Assembly (NCBI GenBank): GCA_034659915.1
Contig: JAYEID010000013.1
Coordinates: 10,627-74,626 of the forward strand
DNA from: Patescibacteria group bacterium
GTDB taxonomy: Bacteria; Patescibacteriota; WWE3; JAUXAW01; JAYEID01
Direction: 5' to 3'
DNA: 64,000 nt
The position numbers were made by a program, and so were the translations under genes. The stretch's first letter is position 1. Every line of letters begins with the position of its first letter. The notes under the pieces were generated by a model. The model saw nothing but the letters and a program-made list of their open reading frames with translations, was not told the DNA's origin and made no database searches. Below are positions 55,570-64,000 of the stretch, one piece after another.

Positions 55570-56115
55570 ATGAATCTTGAAGAGCGATTTGAAAAAGAAA
55601 TAGTCCCAGAGCTGCAGGAGAATTTGGATATATCTAATATTTTGGCTGTGCCGCGCCCCAAGAAAGTTGTGGTTAATATGGGTATTGGTGAGGCGAAAGA
55701 TGATAAAGATTTGTTAGAGGAGGCAAGGCGGGAATTAGCTCAGATAACGGGGCAAGTTCCAAATGTTCGGCGTGCCAAGCATTCGGAAGCAGGTTGGGGT
55801 ATTACTAAAGGTGATCCAATTGGGTTAGCTGTTACCTTACGTGGTACTCGAATGTGGTCTTTCTTGGACAAAATTGTGAAAGCAGCCTTGCCGCGAGTTA
55901 GGGATTTCCAAGGAGTGAAAAAAACTGCTTTTGATGGGCACGGTAATTATTCGTTAGGTTTTAAGGACCATACTATCTTTCCAGAAATGGATGCGGATGA
56001 AGTGGATAGGTCCAAAGGGTTACAAGTAACAATTGTTACCAGTACTGAAAGTGACCAAGAGGGTTATGCATTATTGAGCGCCCTAGGATTCCCATTTATA
56101 GAAGAGGAATCTTAA
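55570..56115 (+). CDS. rplE: 50S ribosomal protein L5
   Basis: L5 family, 181 aa. Confidence 0.95.
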   Translation: MNLEERFEKEIVPELQENLDISNILAVPRPKKVVVNMGIGEAKDDKDLLEEARRELAQITGQVPNVRRAKHSEAGWGITKGDPIGLAVTLRGTRMWSFLDKIVKAALPRVRDFQGVKKTAFDGHGNYSLGFKDHTIFPEMDADEVDRSKGLQVTIVTSTESDQEGYALLSALGFPFIEEES

Positions 56116-56230
56116 GATTGGCCTTAATGGCTTCAGTGGTATCAGTAGATTCAATAGTTTTTATCCGGCTCCTGAATCTATTGAAGCCCTTGAGGCTCTT
56201 GAAGCTCTTTTGTTTCCGAAGGAAGCTATT

Positions 56231-56416
56231 ATGGCGAGAAAAGCATTAGAAGAAAAGCAAAGAAAAGAGAAAAAGTATGATACGCGTGATTATACGCGTT
56301 GTAAGCTTTGTGGTCGATCGCGTGGTTACATGAGAGATTTTGGCATGTGTCGAATTTGTTTTAGAGAGCTGGCTTTAAAAGGAGAATTGCCTGGCGTAAA
56401 AAAAGCCAGTTGGTAA
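56231..56416 (+). CDS. rpsZ: 30S ribosomal protein S14, type Z (zinc-binding)
   Basis: 61 aa [12 protein letters not shown]...[23 protein letters not shown] with the C4 motif. Confidence 0.92.
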   Translation: MARKALEEKQRKEKKYDTRDYTRCKLCGRSRGYMRDFGMCRICFRELALKGELPGVKKASW

Positions 56417-56460
56417 TTGCAATTGTAATGCAGTGGTAATATGGTGGTAAAACAGTAAAA

Positions 56461-56535
56461 CAATTGTATTACTATCGTTTTACGCGATTCTGATCGCAGT
56501 TTAACGCAGTTTCCGAACTGCATTTAACGTGAGCG
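56461..56535 (+). ncRNA. Conserved intercistronic structured element (rpsN-rpsH), copy 2
   Basis: See copy 1; compensatory base changes keep the second hairpin. Confidence 0.5.
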
Positions 56536-56547
56536 TAGCGAGCTATT

Positions 56548-56940
56548 ATGGATACTATTGCGAATATGTTAACAAAAATAAAAAATGTGCAAGCAGTAAG
56601 GAAGCCAAAGGTAGAGATTCCTTATTCCCAAAATCGAGAAGCAATAGCTAGCGTTCTGGAAGAGTATGGGTATCTTTCTAAAGTTCGAGTTTATAAGCCG
56701 AAGGGGAAAAGGTTTAAAATGCTTTCGCTGGATCTGAAGTATCTTGATGGGGATCCATTTATTTCTAAGGTGAGAAAGATTTCTAAGCCTGGGCAGAGAA
56801 TATATTCCTCGGCGGAAGATTTACCGCTGGCTTTGGGCGGCAAAGGTTTAGTAATAGTATCTACTTCTCAGGGAGTTATGAGCGCGAAAGAGGCTAAGAA
56901 ACGGAACCTTGGTGGGGAGATTATTTGTGAAGTGTGGTAG
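56548..56940 (+). CDS. rpsH: 30S ribosomal protein S8
   Basis: MDTIANMLTKIKNVQ... S8 family. Confidence 0.95.
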   Translation: MDTIANMLTKIKNVQAVRKPKVEIPYSQNREAIASVLEEYGYLSKVRVYKPKGKRFKMLSLDLKYLDGDPFISKVRKISKPGQRIYSSAEDLPLALGGKGLVIVSTSQGVMSAKEAKKRNLGGEIICEVW

Positions 56941-57198
56941 TGACAAACGCGAATCTACACAAATTAAAAGCGAACGAACGCTAATGGAAAAGGAAAGAAG
57001 TAGCAGATTTTCTCGTCCCTGGAAGCCCGCGCTCCTTGTAATGTCCATTTCGAGTTCCGACACTGGTCGAAATGAGAAATCTCAAGAGTAAATAACTATT
57101 GTTTTATGTGGGTCTGCCCGCGATTTAGTGAGGAGTTCTGACGACGAACAATTAACGTGGCTTCTTAGCCACAAATTACGCGCTTTTGGCGCATTATT

Positions 57199-57756
57199 AT
57201 GTCTAGAATAGGTATACAGCCAATACAAATTCCAGAAAAAGTAAGTGTAGAGATTAAACACAATCAGGTGTTAGTTTCTGGTCCAAAAGGGACTGTTGTT
57301 GTTCCTTTTCGGCCTGAAGTTGGGGTGGAGTTGGAGGGGGATCAGCTGGTTGTAAGGAGAAAATCCTCCTCTCGGTTTGCGCGGGCTTTGCATGGTACTG
57401 TGAGAGCTACTCTTGCCAATGCAGTGGAGGGTGTTCAGGAGTTGCACGAGAAAAACCTTGTTTTAAAGGGTTTGGGTTATCGGGCAAGAAAACAAAAGGA
57501 TCAGCTTGTTCTAGATGTTGGTTTTTCTCATCCTGTTAGTTTTAATATTCCCCAAGATCTGCAAGTGACGGTAGAGGGAAGGAGCGAGATTTCGATAAAG
57601 GGGGCTGATAAAGCTGAGGTGGGAAAATTTGCTTCGGAAGTTCGTAGTGCTCGACCCCCAGAACCTTACCAGGGTGAGGGAATACGTTACAAAGGCGAGA
57701 AAATTAGAAGAAAGCCAGGTAAGGCTGCTAAGATGGGGGAGGGTTTTGGTGCGTAA
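57199..57756 (+). CDS. rplF: 50S ribosomal protein L6
   Basis: MSRIGIQPIQIPEKVSVEI... L6 family. Confidence 0.95.
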   Translation: MSRIGIQPIQIPEKVSVEIKHNQVLVSGPKGTVVVPFRPEVGVELEGDQLVVRRKSSSRFARALHGTVRATLANAVEGVQELHEKNLVLKGLGYRARKQKDQLVLDVGFSHPVSFNIPQDLQVTVEGRSEISIKGADKAEVGKFASEVRSARPPEPYQGEGIRYKGEKIRRKPGKAAKMGEGFGA

Positions 57757-57779
57757 TAGTTTAGTAGGTTTTAATAAAA

Positions 57780-58130
57780 ATGATAGTTAAGCATTATAAG
57801 GACAAAAAAGAAAGACGGAGGCAGCGAATTCGGGGCAAGATTCAGGGAACATCCCAGAAGCCGCGCCTTTCAGTTTTTAAGTCAAATAAGCATATTTATG
57901 CTCAGTTGATAGACGATACTGTTGGTGAAACTCTTGTATCGGCATCGGATAATGATTTGGAAGTAAGTGGGAAAAATAAGGAAGTTGCTCGAAAAGTTGG
58001 TCAGGAGTTGGCGAAAAAAGCAAAGAAGAAGGGGATTGAGGAGGCTGCCTTTGATCGTAGTGGTTATCCTTTCCATGGTCGGGTAAGGGCTGTGGCAGAG
58101 GGAGCCCGGGAAGGAGGTTTAAAGTTCTAA
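57780..58130 (+). CDS. rplR: 50S ribosomal protein L18
   Basis: L18 family, 116 aa. Confidence 0.93.
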   Translation: MIVKHYKDKKERRRQRIRGKIQGTSQKPRLSVFKSNKHIYAQLIDDTVGETLVSASDNDLEVSGKNKEVARKVGQELAKKAKKKGIEEAAFDRSGYPFHGRVRAVAEGAREGGLKF

Positions 58131-58139
58131 TTTATTATT

Positions 58140-58616
58140 ATGGAAGAAAGAAATCAGAAGGAACAAAAAGAGTTTGAAGAAAAAGTGCTTGAGATTCGAC
58201 GTGTTTCTAAAAAGACAGAGGGAGGTAACCGTTTTAGGTTTACAGCCTTGGTAGTAGTTGGAGATCGTAAAGGTAGGGTAGGAATGGCTTTGGGGAAGGC
58301 TCCGGGGGTAAGACCAGCTATAGACAAAGCTACTTCTAAGGCAAAAAAGAATCTGCAAAAAGTTGTTTTGGAGAATGGTACTATCCCCTTTGAGATTAGG
58401 GTAAAGGAGGGCGCTGCTGATATTTTGCTTCGCCCCGCACCGGCAGGAACTGGAATCTCGTTGGGAGGTGCAGCACGGACAATTGCGGAGTTAGCTGGAA
58501 TTCAAGATATTACTGGAAAGATTTTAGGTACTAGGAATAAATATTCTAATGCTCTAGCAATGTTTAAAGCTTTAGAGAGGATTAGAGAACTCTCTCGTAA
58601 ATATGAAACTAAATAA
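58140..58616 (+). CDS. rpsE: 30S ribosomal protein S5
   Basis: S5 dsRBD and C-terminal domain. Confidence 0.95.
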   Translation: MEERNQKEQKEFEEKVLEIRRVSKKTEGGNRFRFTALVVVGDRKGRVGMALGKAPGVRPAIDKATSKAKKNLQKVVLENGTIPFEIRVKEGAADILLRPAPAGTGISLGGAARTIAELAGIQDITGKILGTRNKYSNALAMFKALERIRELSRKYETK

Positions 58617-59016
58617 GTTACCAAAAATTAAAAAAGGGAAGAAAAAGCGGGTGGGACGTGGGTATGGTAGTGGTAAGGGAGGTCATACTACGGGCCGCGG
58701 TCAAAAGGGTCAGAAGGCGCGATCGGGGGGGACAGCAAAGAAGCCACGAGACTATGGTAAGGAAAAGGGTTTTGAACCACCAACCAGGAAAGAACCTGCA
58801 ATTTTAAACGTTTCTAGCTTAAATGTGTTTTCAGATGGTGCAGATGTAAATCCCGATACTTTGGTGGAGGTTGGTTTACTGGAGAGAATTCCAAAAGACG
58901 GTGTTAAAGTTTTAGGTAAAGGTGTTTTGGAAAAGAGTTTATCTGTTGAAGGTATGGAGGTGTCAAAAAAGGCAAAAGAAAAAATAGAGGCGGCAGGAGG
59001 TGCAGTTAAAAATTGA
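58603..59016 (+). CDS. rplO: 50S ribosomal protein L15
   Basis: MKLNKLPKIKKGKKKRVGRGYGSGKGGHTTGRGQKGQKARSGG; overlaps the rpsE stop; there is no rpmD (L30) between S5 and L15. Confidence 0.94.
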   Translation: MKLNKLPKIKKGKKKRVGRGYGSGKGGHTTGRGQKGQKARSGGTAKKPRDYGKEKGFEPPTRKEPAILNVSSLNVFSDGADVNPDTLVEVGLLERIPKDGVKVLGKGVLEKSLSVEGMEVSKKAKEKIEAAGGAVKN

Positions 59017-59067
59017 TAATTTATGGGAAAAGCTTTGGAATTTGCGTAAAAACTGCTTAAGAATTAA

Positions 59068-60342
59068 ATGCTAGAGAAAATAAGTACAGTATTTAAAATA
59101 AAGGACCTTCGTCGAAAAATTCTTTTTACCCTTTTTATCCTTGTTGTTTTCAGATTGGCAGCTAGTATCCCAGTGCCTGGTGTAGATAGAGCAGCTTTAC
59201 AACAACTTTTTCAAGCTAGTGAGTTGTTGGGTCTTTTGGATATGTTTTCTGGGGGAACGATGCAGCAGTTTTCTATTGTAACCTTAGGTCTGAACCCATT
59301 TATAAATGCTTCTATTATTATGCAGTTGCTTACCGTGGTTTTTCCCAAACTGGAAGAACTTTCCAAAGAAGGAGATTACGGAAGAGCAAAAATTGAGCAA
59401 TACACAAGATTTTTAACTGTGCCCCTAGCGCTTGTCCAGGGATTTGGAATGTATAGTTTGTTTAGACGGCAGGGCGTGTTACCCGCAGTTTCGATCTTTG
59501 CTTTGATTTTGTTAATTGTAACATTGGTTTGTGGCACAATGTTTTTAGTTTGGTTAGGGGGTTTGATTTCAGAATATGGACTTGGAAACGGCACTTCCGT
59601 AGTTATCTTGGCTGGTATTTTGAGCCGAGTACCTTTGAATGTAGTTCAGATCACCTCTACTTTGCGAGGAACTGATGCCTTTGCTTTTCTTGCGTACTTG
59701 GCATTTATTTTGGCGAGTTTTGCTTTGGTGGTTGTGGTTAGTGAAGGAACCAGGCGGGTGCGAGTGGAATATGCGCGAAGGTCGCGGGGCAATACTTCGA
59801 CAGGGGTGCAAAATTATATCCCATTAAGAGTTAACCAAGCAGGCATGATTCCTATTGTGTTTGCAGTTTCCCTGACTCTAATTCCCTCACTGATTGGTCA
59901 GTATATAGGGGATACTTCCCTTCCCTTGCTTGGCTCTGTCTTGGGTACTTTAACAAATATTTTCAATCCTGATTCTCCAGTCTATAACTTGCTTCTTTTT
60001 TCTTTAGTGGTTGCATTTACGTATTTTTATACTGCTGTTACTTTTGACCCAGCAAAGATTGCTGATGATATAAAGAAGCGCGGCGGTTTTATTCCTGGCA
60101 TTAGACCAGGTAAAGCCACAGAAAGTTACTTGGAATGGGTATTAGTTAGAATAACATTGGTGGGAGGTGTTTTCTTAGGCTTAATGGCAATATTGCCAAG
60201 TCTTCTACGCGCGCTTACTGGTATATCAGGTACTATTATTCAAGGTTCTGGATTGCTAATTGTTGTTTCTGTAGTATTAGATATTTTGAAAAAGGCTGAG
60301 GCGCGAATGGTAATGAGTGATTATGACGGCTTTTTAGATTAA
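59068..60342 (+). CDS. secY: Preprotein translocase subunit SecY
   Basis: 424 aa, 10 TM helices, SecY signatures. Confidence 0.96.
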   Translation: MLEKISTVFKIKDLRRKILFTLFILVVFRLAASIPVPGVDRAALQQLFQASELLGLLDMFSGGTMQQFSIVTLGLNPFINASIIMQLLTVVFPKLEELSKEGDYGRAKIEQYTRFLTVPLALVQGFGMYSLFRRQGVLPAVSIFALILLIVTLVCGTMFLVWLGGLISEYGLGNGTSVVILAGILSRVPLNVVQITSTLRGTDAFAFLAYLAFILASFALVVVVSEGTRRVRVEYARRSRGNTSTGVQNYIPLRVNQAGMIPIVFAVSLTLIPSLIGQYIGDTSLPLLGSVLGTLTNIFNPDSPVYNLLLFSLVVAFTYFYTAVTFDPAKIADDIKKRGGFIPGIRPGKATESYLEWVLVRITLVGGVFLGLMAILPSLLRALTGISGTIIQGSGLLIVVSVVLDILKKAEARMVMSDYDGFLD

Positions 60343-60389
60343 CTTGTTGTTGTGCGTATGCTCTTCCTGAAAGGAGGTTGTAAATAAAA

Positions 60390-60659
60390 TTGATACTAGA
60401 TAAAGCTAAAAGACTCTATAATTTAAAAAAGAAAGCAGATAAGATGAAGAAGAAGATGCGCAAGATTGAAGTGGATACCCAAGTTGGCAATGTACGGGTT
60501 GTGATGCGGGGTGACCAGAGTGTGAAATTAATAGAAATAGATGGTAAAAGAGTAGAAAATGTGGAAAAGGCCCTAAACAAAGCATCGAACAGGATTCAGA
60601 AAAAGGTAGCAAAGCAAATGCAGGGGCAAATGGGGGATTTGGGAATACCGGGATTGTGA
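60390..60659 (+). CDS. ybaB: YbaB/EbfC-family nucleoid-associated protein
   Basis: KKADKMKKKMRKIEVDTQVGNVRVVMRGDQSVKLIEID matches the YbaB core; TTG start with AAAGGAGG upstream; placed unusually between secY and adk. Confidence 0.65.
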   Translation: MILDKAKRLYNLKKKADKMKKKMRKIEVDTQVGNVRVVMRGDQSVKLIEIDGKRVENVEKALNKASNRIQKKVAKQMQGQMGDLGIPGL

Positions 60660-60931
60660 TGTTTAACCTGTCTCACTGCTTTTTGGCATGCTAGTTATTT
60701 TTAGTAGTGTTAAGTGTAGTAAAGATTAGTAAAGTAGTTGTAAAGTGTTGAGGAGAATTGTTGCTTTTTTAACTCGTTAAGAGTTAAAGAGTTAAGGGTT
60801 AAAAAGAGGGAGAAAGCTAGGTTTGAATACTTAACTTTTTAACAGTTTAACGCGAGCTCTTGCGAGCACTTAACGATTGTGGAATTAGTTTTAGAATTAT
60901 TGAGAAGTTGCCTTAATGGCCCGCTTTACCT

Positions 60932-61471
60932 ATGAACATAGTGATTATAGGCCCACCGGGGTCGGGAAAATCTACTCAGGCAGATCTTTTAGCTAAGGAA
61001 TTGGGTGTTCCCCATATTTCTACTGGGATTATTTTTCGTGAAATTGCGGATCGGGATTCAGGATTAGCACGAAGTGTAGAAAATTATTTGGAAAAGGGCG
61101 AATTTGTGCCTGACGAAGTTGTGATGAAGGTTTTAGAGGAGGAACTGCCTAGAGAAAAGTACCGACAAGGTTTTGTTTTGGAAGGCTACCCCCGAAACAT
61201 TTGGCAGGCAAAAAACGCACCTTTTCAGCCGGACAAGGTTTTTTATTTGGATGTTTCGGATGAGGAAAGTATGCACCGCCTGTTGAAACGTGGTCGTGAG
61301 GACGATACAGAAGAAATAATCGAAAAACGGTTGGCTGATTATCATCAGCAGACAGAGCCGGTTCTATCTTTTTATAGTGAGAAGGGGGTTTTAGAGCCTG
61401 TGGATGGTGAGCAAAAAATTGAGGAGATTTTTGAAGACTTAAAAGGTTATTTTAGTAATGATAAAGATTAA
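60932..61471 (+). CDS. adk: Adenylate kinase (short, zinc-less lid)
   Basis: IIGPPGSGKSTQ P-loop; 179 aa. Confidence 0.93.
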   Translation: MNIVIIGPPGSGKSTQADLLAKELGVPHISTGIIFREIADRDSGLARSVENYLEKGEFVPDEVVMKVLEEELPREKYRQGFVLEGYPRNIWQAKNAPFQPDKVFYLDVSDEESMHRLLKRGREDDTEEIIEKRLADYHQQTEPVLSFYSEKGVLEPVDGEQKIEEIFEDLKGYFSNDKD

Positions 61472-62249
61472 GTCAAAGAAAGATATTGAAAAGATGGCAA
61501 AGGGCGGTCTGATTACTGCTAAAGCACGCGAAGAGGTATTAAAAGCTGCTGTTCCCGGTGTAAAGACGGCGGATTTGGAGGAATTGGCTGTAAATAGAAT
61601 TAAAGAGTTGGGCGGGGAGCCCGGTTTTATGAAGGTTCCCGGTTATGATTGCGCTACCTGCATTAACCTTAATGCGGGTTTGGTTCACGGAGTACCATCC
61701 GAAAACGTAACAGTAGAAGAAGGTGATGTTTTTACCGTGGATTTAGGTACTTTTTATAAGGGTTTTCACACCGATGCCGCTTGGAGTATTGTAGTCGGAA
61801 ATCGGCGTACCGCGTTCCGCGGACTGCAGGAAAAGGAGCATAAAGAGAAGAAAAGGTTTTTGGAGGTGGGGGAGGAGGCGTTGGAAAGGGCGACGGAGCA
61901 GTGTGTTCCGGGGAATTTTGTGGGGGATATTTCCCATGCAATTCAGGAAACAGTTGAAGGTGCCGGTTATAATGTGATTCGGGCTTTGGTTGGACACGGT
62001 GTTGGCGAAGAGTTGCACGAGGGACCGCAAATTCCTTGTTTTGGCAAACCGGGCGAAGGGTCAATGTTAGAAGAGGGTTTAGTTTTAGCTGTAGAGATAC
62101 TTTATGCAGAAGGTGGTCCTGCTATTGAAACTTTAGACGATGGTTGGACAATAAAGACCAAGGACAACTCACTTTCGGCACTTTTTGAAAATACAATTGC
62201 AGTCACTGAGGGTGGTTCTCGAGTGCTAACACCAAACCCCAAATTTTAA
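61458..62249 (+). CDS. map: Methionine aminopeptidase, type I
   Basis: Pita-bread fold with the metal-binding residue pattern (D..D..H..E..E); overlaps the adk end by 14 nt. Confidence 0.93.
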   Translation: MIKIKSKKDIEKMAKGGLITAKAREEVLKAAVPGVKTADLEELAVNRIKELGGEPGFMKVPGYDCATCINLNAGLVHGVPSENVTVEEGDVFTVDLGTFYKGFHTDAAWSIVVGNRRTAFRGLQEKEHKEKKRFLEVGEEALERATEQCVPGNFVGDISHAIQETVEGAGYNVIRALVGHGVGEELHEGPQIPCFGKPGEGSMLEEGLVLAVEILYAEGGPAIETLDDGWTIKTKDNSLSALFENTIAVTEGGSRVLTPNPKF

Positions 62250-62330
62250 TGTTATTAGTACTCCAGGCTTGCGCCTTATGGGTTCTTATGATAAGATAAG
62301 CACTGAGACTCCCATAGGGGAGTGCTTATT

Positions 62331-62549
62331 ATGCCAAAAAAAGATTTGGTAAAAAAACGTGGTACAGTTGTTAAATCTTTGCCTAATGCAACTTTTGAGG
62401 TTGAGTTGGAAGATGGTTCTAAGGTTTTGGCTCACACATCGGGAAAGATGCGTCGATATAAGATTAATATTCTGCCTGGAGATGAGGTTGATTTAGAAAT
62501 GAGTAAGCATGATTTGAGCAAGGGTAGAATTGTTTATCGATACAAGTAG
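62331..62549 (+). CDS. infA: Translation initiation factor IF-1
   Basis: [54 protein letters not shown]1-like OB fold. Confidence 0.93.
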   Translation: MPKKDLVKKRGTVVKSLPNATFEVELEDGSKVLAHTSGKMRRYKINILPGDEVDLEMSKHDLSKGRIVYRYK

Positions 62550-62557
62550 TGAATGGA

Positions 62558-62606
62558 TTATCACGGAATTTAATAAGGATTATCACTGAAATTCCGTGAT
62601 TTTTTT
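62558..62606 (+). terminator. Rho-independent terminator or attenuator between infA and rpmJ
   Basis: 12-bp perfect stem ATCACGGAATTT / AAATTCCGTGAT with a 17-nt loop, followed by TTTTTTT; also three copies of GATTATCAC (two direct, one inverted) at 62553-62630. Confidence 0.55.
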
Positions 62607-62633
62607 GATATTTTTCGGTGATAATCTCTTTTT

Positions 62634-62747
62634 ATGAAAGTAAGGTCGAGCGTTAAGAAAATTTGTAAAAAATGCAAAATTGTCCGGCGAAAGGGCAGGG
62701 TGTATGTAATTTGTGAAAATCCGAAGCACAAGCAACGTCAAGGCTAA
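62634..62747 (+). CDS. rpmJ: 50S ribosomal protein L36
   Basis: [37 protein letters not shown] (37 aa, C-x2-C-x12-C-x4-H zinc ribbon); absent from the ORF track because of its size. Confidence 0.9.
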   Translation: MKVRSSVKKICKKCKIVRRKGRVYVICENPKHKQRQG

Positions 62748-62828
62748 GATGCGGAGAATGCGGAAGCAGAACGGAGAACACGGATTTTTCAGTGTTATCA
62801 GTTTCTTATCAGTTTTATCAGTGTAACC

Positions 62829-63212
62829 ATGGCTAGAATAGCAGGTGTTGAAATACCAGGTAACAAAAAAATAAAAGTCGCTCTTACCAATATCAAGGGT
62901 ATTGGCAGGTCAGCTGCTGAGGATATTTTGGATAAGGTTGGTGTTGATAAAGAACTCCGAACTAAGGAGGTCTCAGCTGATGACTTGGCAAAAATAAGAG
63001 CAGAAATTGATAATAGTTACACTGTAGAAGGTGTACTGACAAGGCAAGTTCGTTTAAATATTAAAAGACTTAAGGACATTGGCTCTTACCGTGGTATGAG
63101 ACACGAGCGAGGATTGCCTGTGCGAGGTCAGCGCACTAAGACCAACGCGCGTACTCGTAAGGGGAGGAAACAAACTGTTGGCGGGACTGGTACAGTTCGA
63201 GAAAAACACTAA
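62829..63212 (+). CDS. rpsM: 30S ribosomal protein S13
   Basis: [26 protein letters not shown]... Confidence 0.95.
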   Translation: MARIAGVEIPGNKKIKVALTNIKGIGRSAAEDILDKVGVDKELRTKEVSADDLAKIRAEIDNSYTVEGVLTRQVRLNIKRLKDIGSYRGMRHERGLPVRGQRTKTNARTRKGRKQTVGGTGTVREKH

Positions 63213-63296
63213 GAGGAACTATCAATTTCCAATTATCAATTTTAAATTGGTTGACATTACGAGCTACCAGTTACTGGTTACTAATTACTAATTTTT

Positions 63297-63698
63297 ATGG
63301 CTAAGAAAAAGAGGAATTCAAGAAATAAAAAAAAGAAAAGTCGCAGAAAGTTTCCTGCTGAGGGAAAAGCTTATATTACTGCTACCTTTAATAATACTTT
63401 GATTACCGTTACCACACCTTCTGGAGATAAGGTGTGTAGTGCCAGTGCAGGAACAGCGGGTTTTAGAGGTACTAGAAAGTCTACGCCGTTTGCAGCTTCT
63501 CAGGCAGCTCGTCAGGCTGCGGAAGAAGCTACCAACAAAGGTGTGAAGGAGGTGCATGTTTTTGTCAAGGGTCCGGGAATGGGAAGAAATACAGCTATAA
63601 AATCCTTAGAAGCTGGGGGGTTGGAGGTGTTAAGTATTAAGGATATAACACCCATTCCGCACAACGGCTGCAGACCGAAGAAAAGAAGAAGGGTGTAG
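63297..63698 (+). CDS. rpsK: 30S ribosomal protein S11
   Basis: S11 family ([22 protein letters not shown]...). Confidence 0.95.
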   Translation: MAKKKRNSRNKKKKSRRKFPAEGKAYITATFNNTLITVTTPSGDKVCSASAGTAGFRGTRKSTPFAASQAARQAAEEATNKGVKEVHVFVKGPGMGRNTAIKSLEAGGLEVLSIKDITPIPHNGCRPKKRRRV

Positions 63699-63809
63699 TG
63701 ATAAGCACCAACTTCCAAATAAATAGCAAGCGCCAAATTACAAGATACAAACGAAGCTTTGTTTGTGTTTTGTAAATTGGAATTTGTGTTTTATTTGTAA
63801 TTTCGACTT

Positions 63810-64000
63810 ATGTCTCGTTATACTGGACCAAAATGTAAAATTTGCCGCCGTGAGGGGGAAAAACTTTTTCTCAAGGGGGAGAAGTGTGAAACTCGTAAGT
63901 GTCCCCTTTTCCGGCGTCAACAAGCCCCTGGCCAGCACGGAGATTCTCGGCGTCGTGTGAGTGAATATGGGCAGCAGCTCCGTGAAAAGCAAAAGCTAAA
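63810..64000 (+). CDS. rpsD: 30S ribosomal protein S4 (5' partial; runs off the window)
   Basis: [44 protein letters not shown]... N-terminal zinc-finger region of S4; no stop before position 64000. Confidence 0.85.
   Translation, partial: MSRYTGPKCKICRREGEKLFLKGEKCETRKCPLFRRQQAPGQHGDSRRRVSEYGQQLREKQKL

Noticed and set aside
1-64000. CRISPR arrays, rRNA, tRNA, integrase or transposase genes.
   Set aside because: No direct-repeat/spacer array, no rRNA/tRNA-like conserved structure and no recombinase-like ORF was seen on inspection of either strand.

Overview
The window looks like a low-GC (~40%), gene-dense, mostly single-strand chromosomal segment from a reduced-genome bacterium, probably a Patescibacteria/CPR-like lineage. 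That placement is an inference from four observations: L30 is absent, and uL3, AlaRS and IF-2 are all shorter than their usual forms. Gene content runs: dnaK plus a translationally coupled Cys-rich DUF3795-like gene; a NUDIX hydrolase and small membrane proteins; a short, mildly GC-elevated segment of unrecognised proteins (4.4-6.8 kb); rpsO-pnp; a Lon-like AAA+ ATPase with no protease domain; family-4 UDG; RNase J; ftsK; rodZ-like; alaS; an FtsA/PilM-like actin ATPase with a large membrane protein; a block of small regulators and DNA-repair genes (two TrpR/YerC-like, ruvX, HDAC-like, SagB-type dehydrogenase, HhH-GPD and MPG glycosylases, radical SAM, frameshifted yjbQ, mscL); nusA-infB; a dnaJ-like gene on the minus strand; mltG; then rpoB-rpoC, the str operon (rpsL-rpsG-fusA-tuf) and the S10/spc/alpha ribosomal cluster through secY-adk-map-infA-rpmJ-rpsM-rpsK-rpsD (partial). 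No rRNA, tRNA or CRISPR was recognised. The most notable signals are non-coding or quasi-coding. First, a GC-rich ~78-nt palindromic element sits in-frame inside two unrelated genes (alaS and the MPG glycosylase), with a short intergenic relative, reminiscent of Rickettsia palindromic elements. Second, several families of repeated, structured intergenic elements occur in the rpo/ribosomal operons: a 172-nt element present twice at 100% identity plus a diverged third copy, a second family sharing a GGCACCCCGCC boundary motif, and a rpsL/rpsG and rpsN/rpsH intercistronic element with a covarying hairpin. Third, a recurring TTGGAG-16nt-TAGTAT/TATGAT promoter-like module lies directly upstream of dnaK, rpsS and rplV. 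Other points are a shortened uL3, a zinc-ribbon uL24, swapped rplN/rpsQ order, and a homopolymer frameshift in yjbQ.
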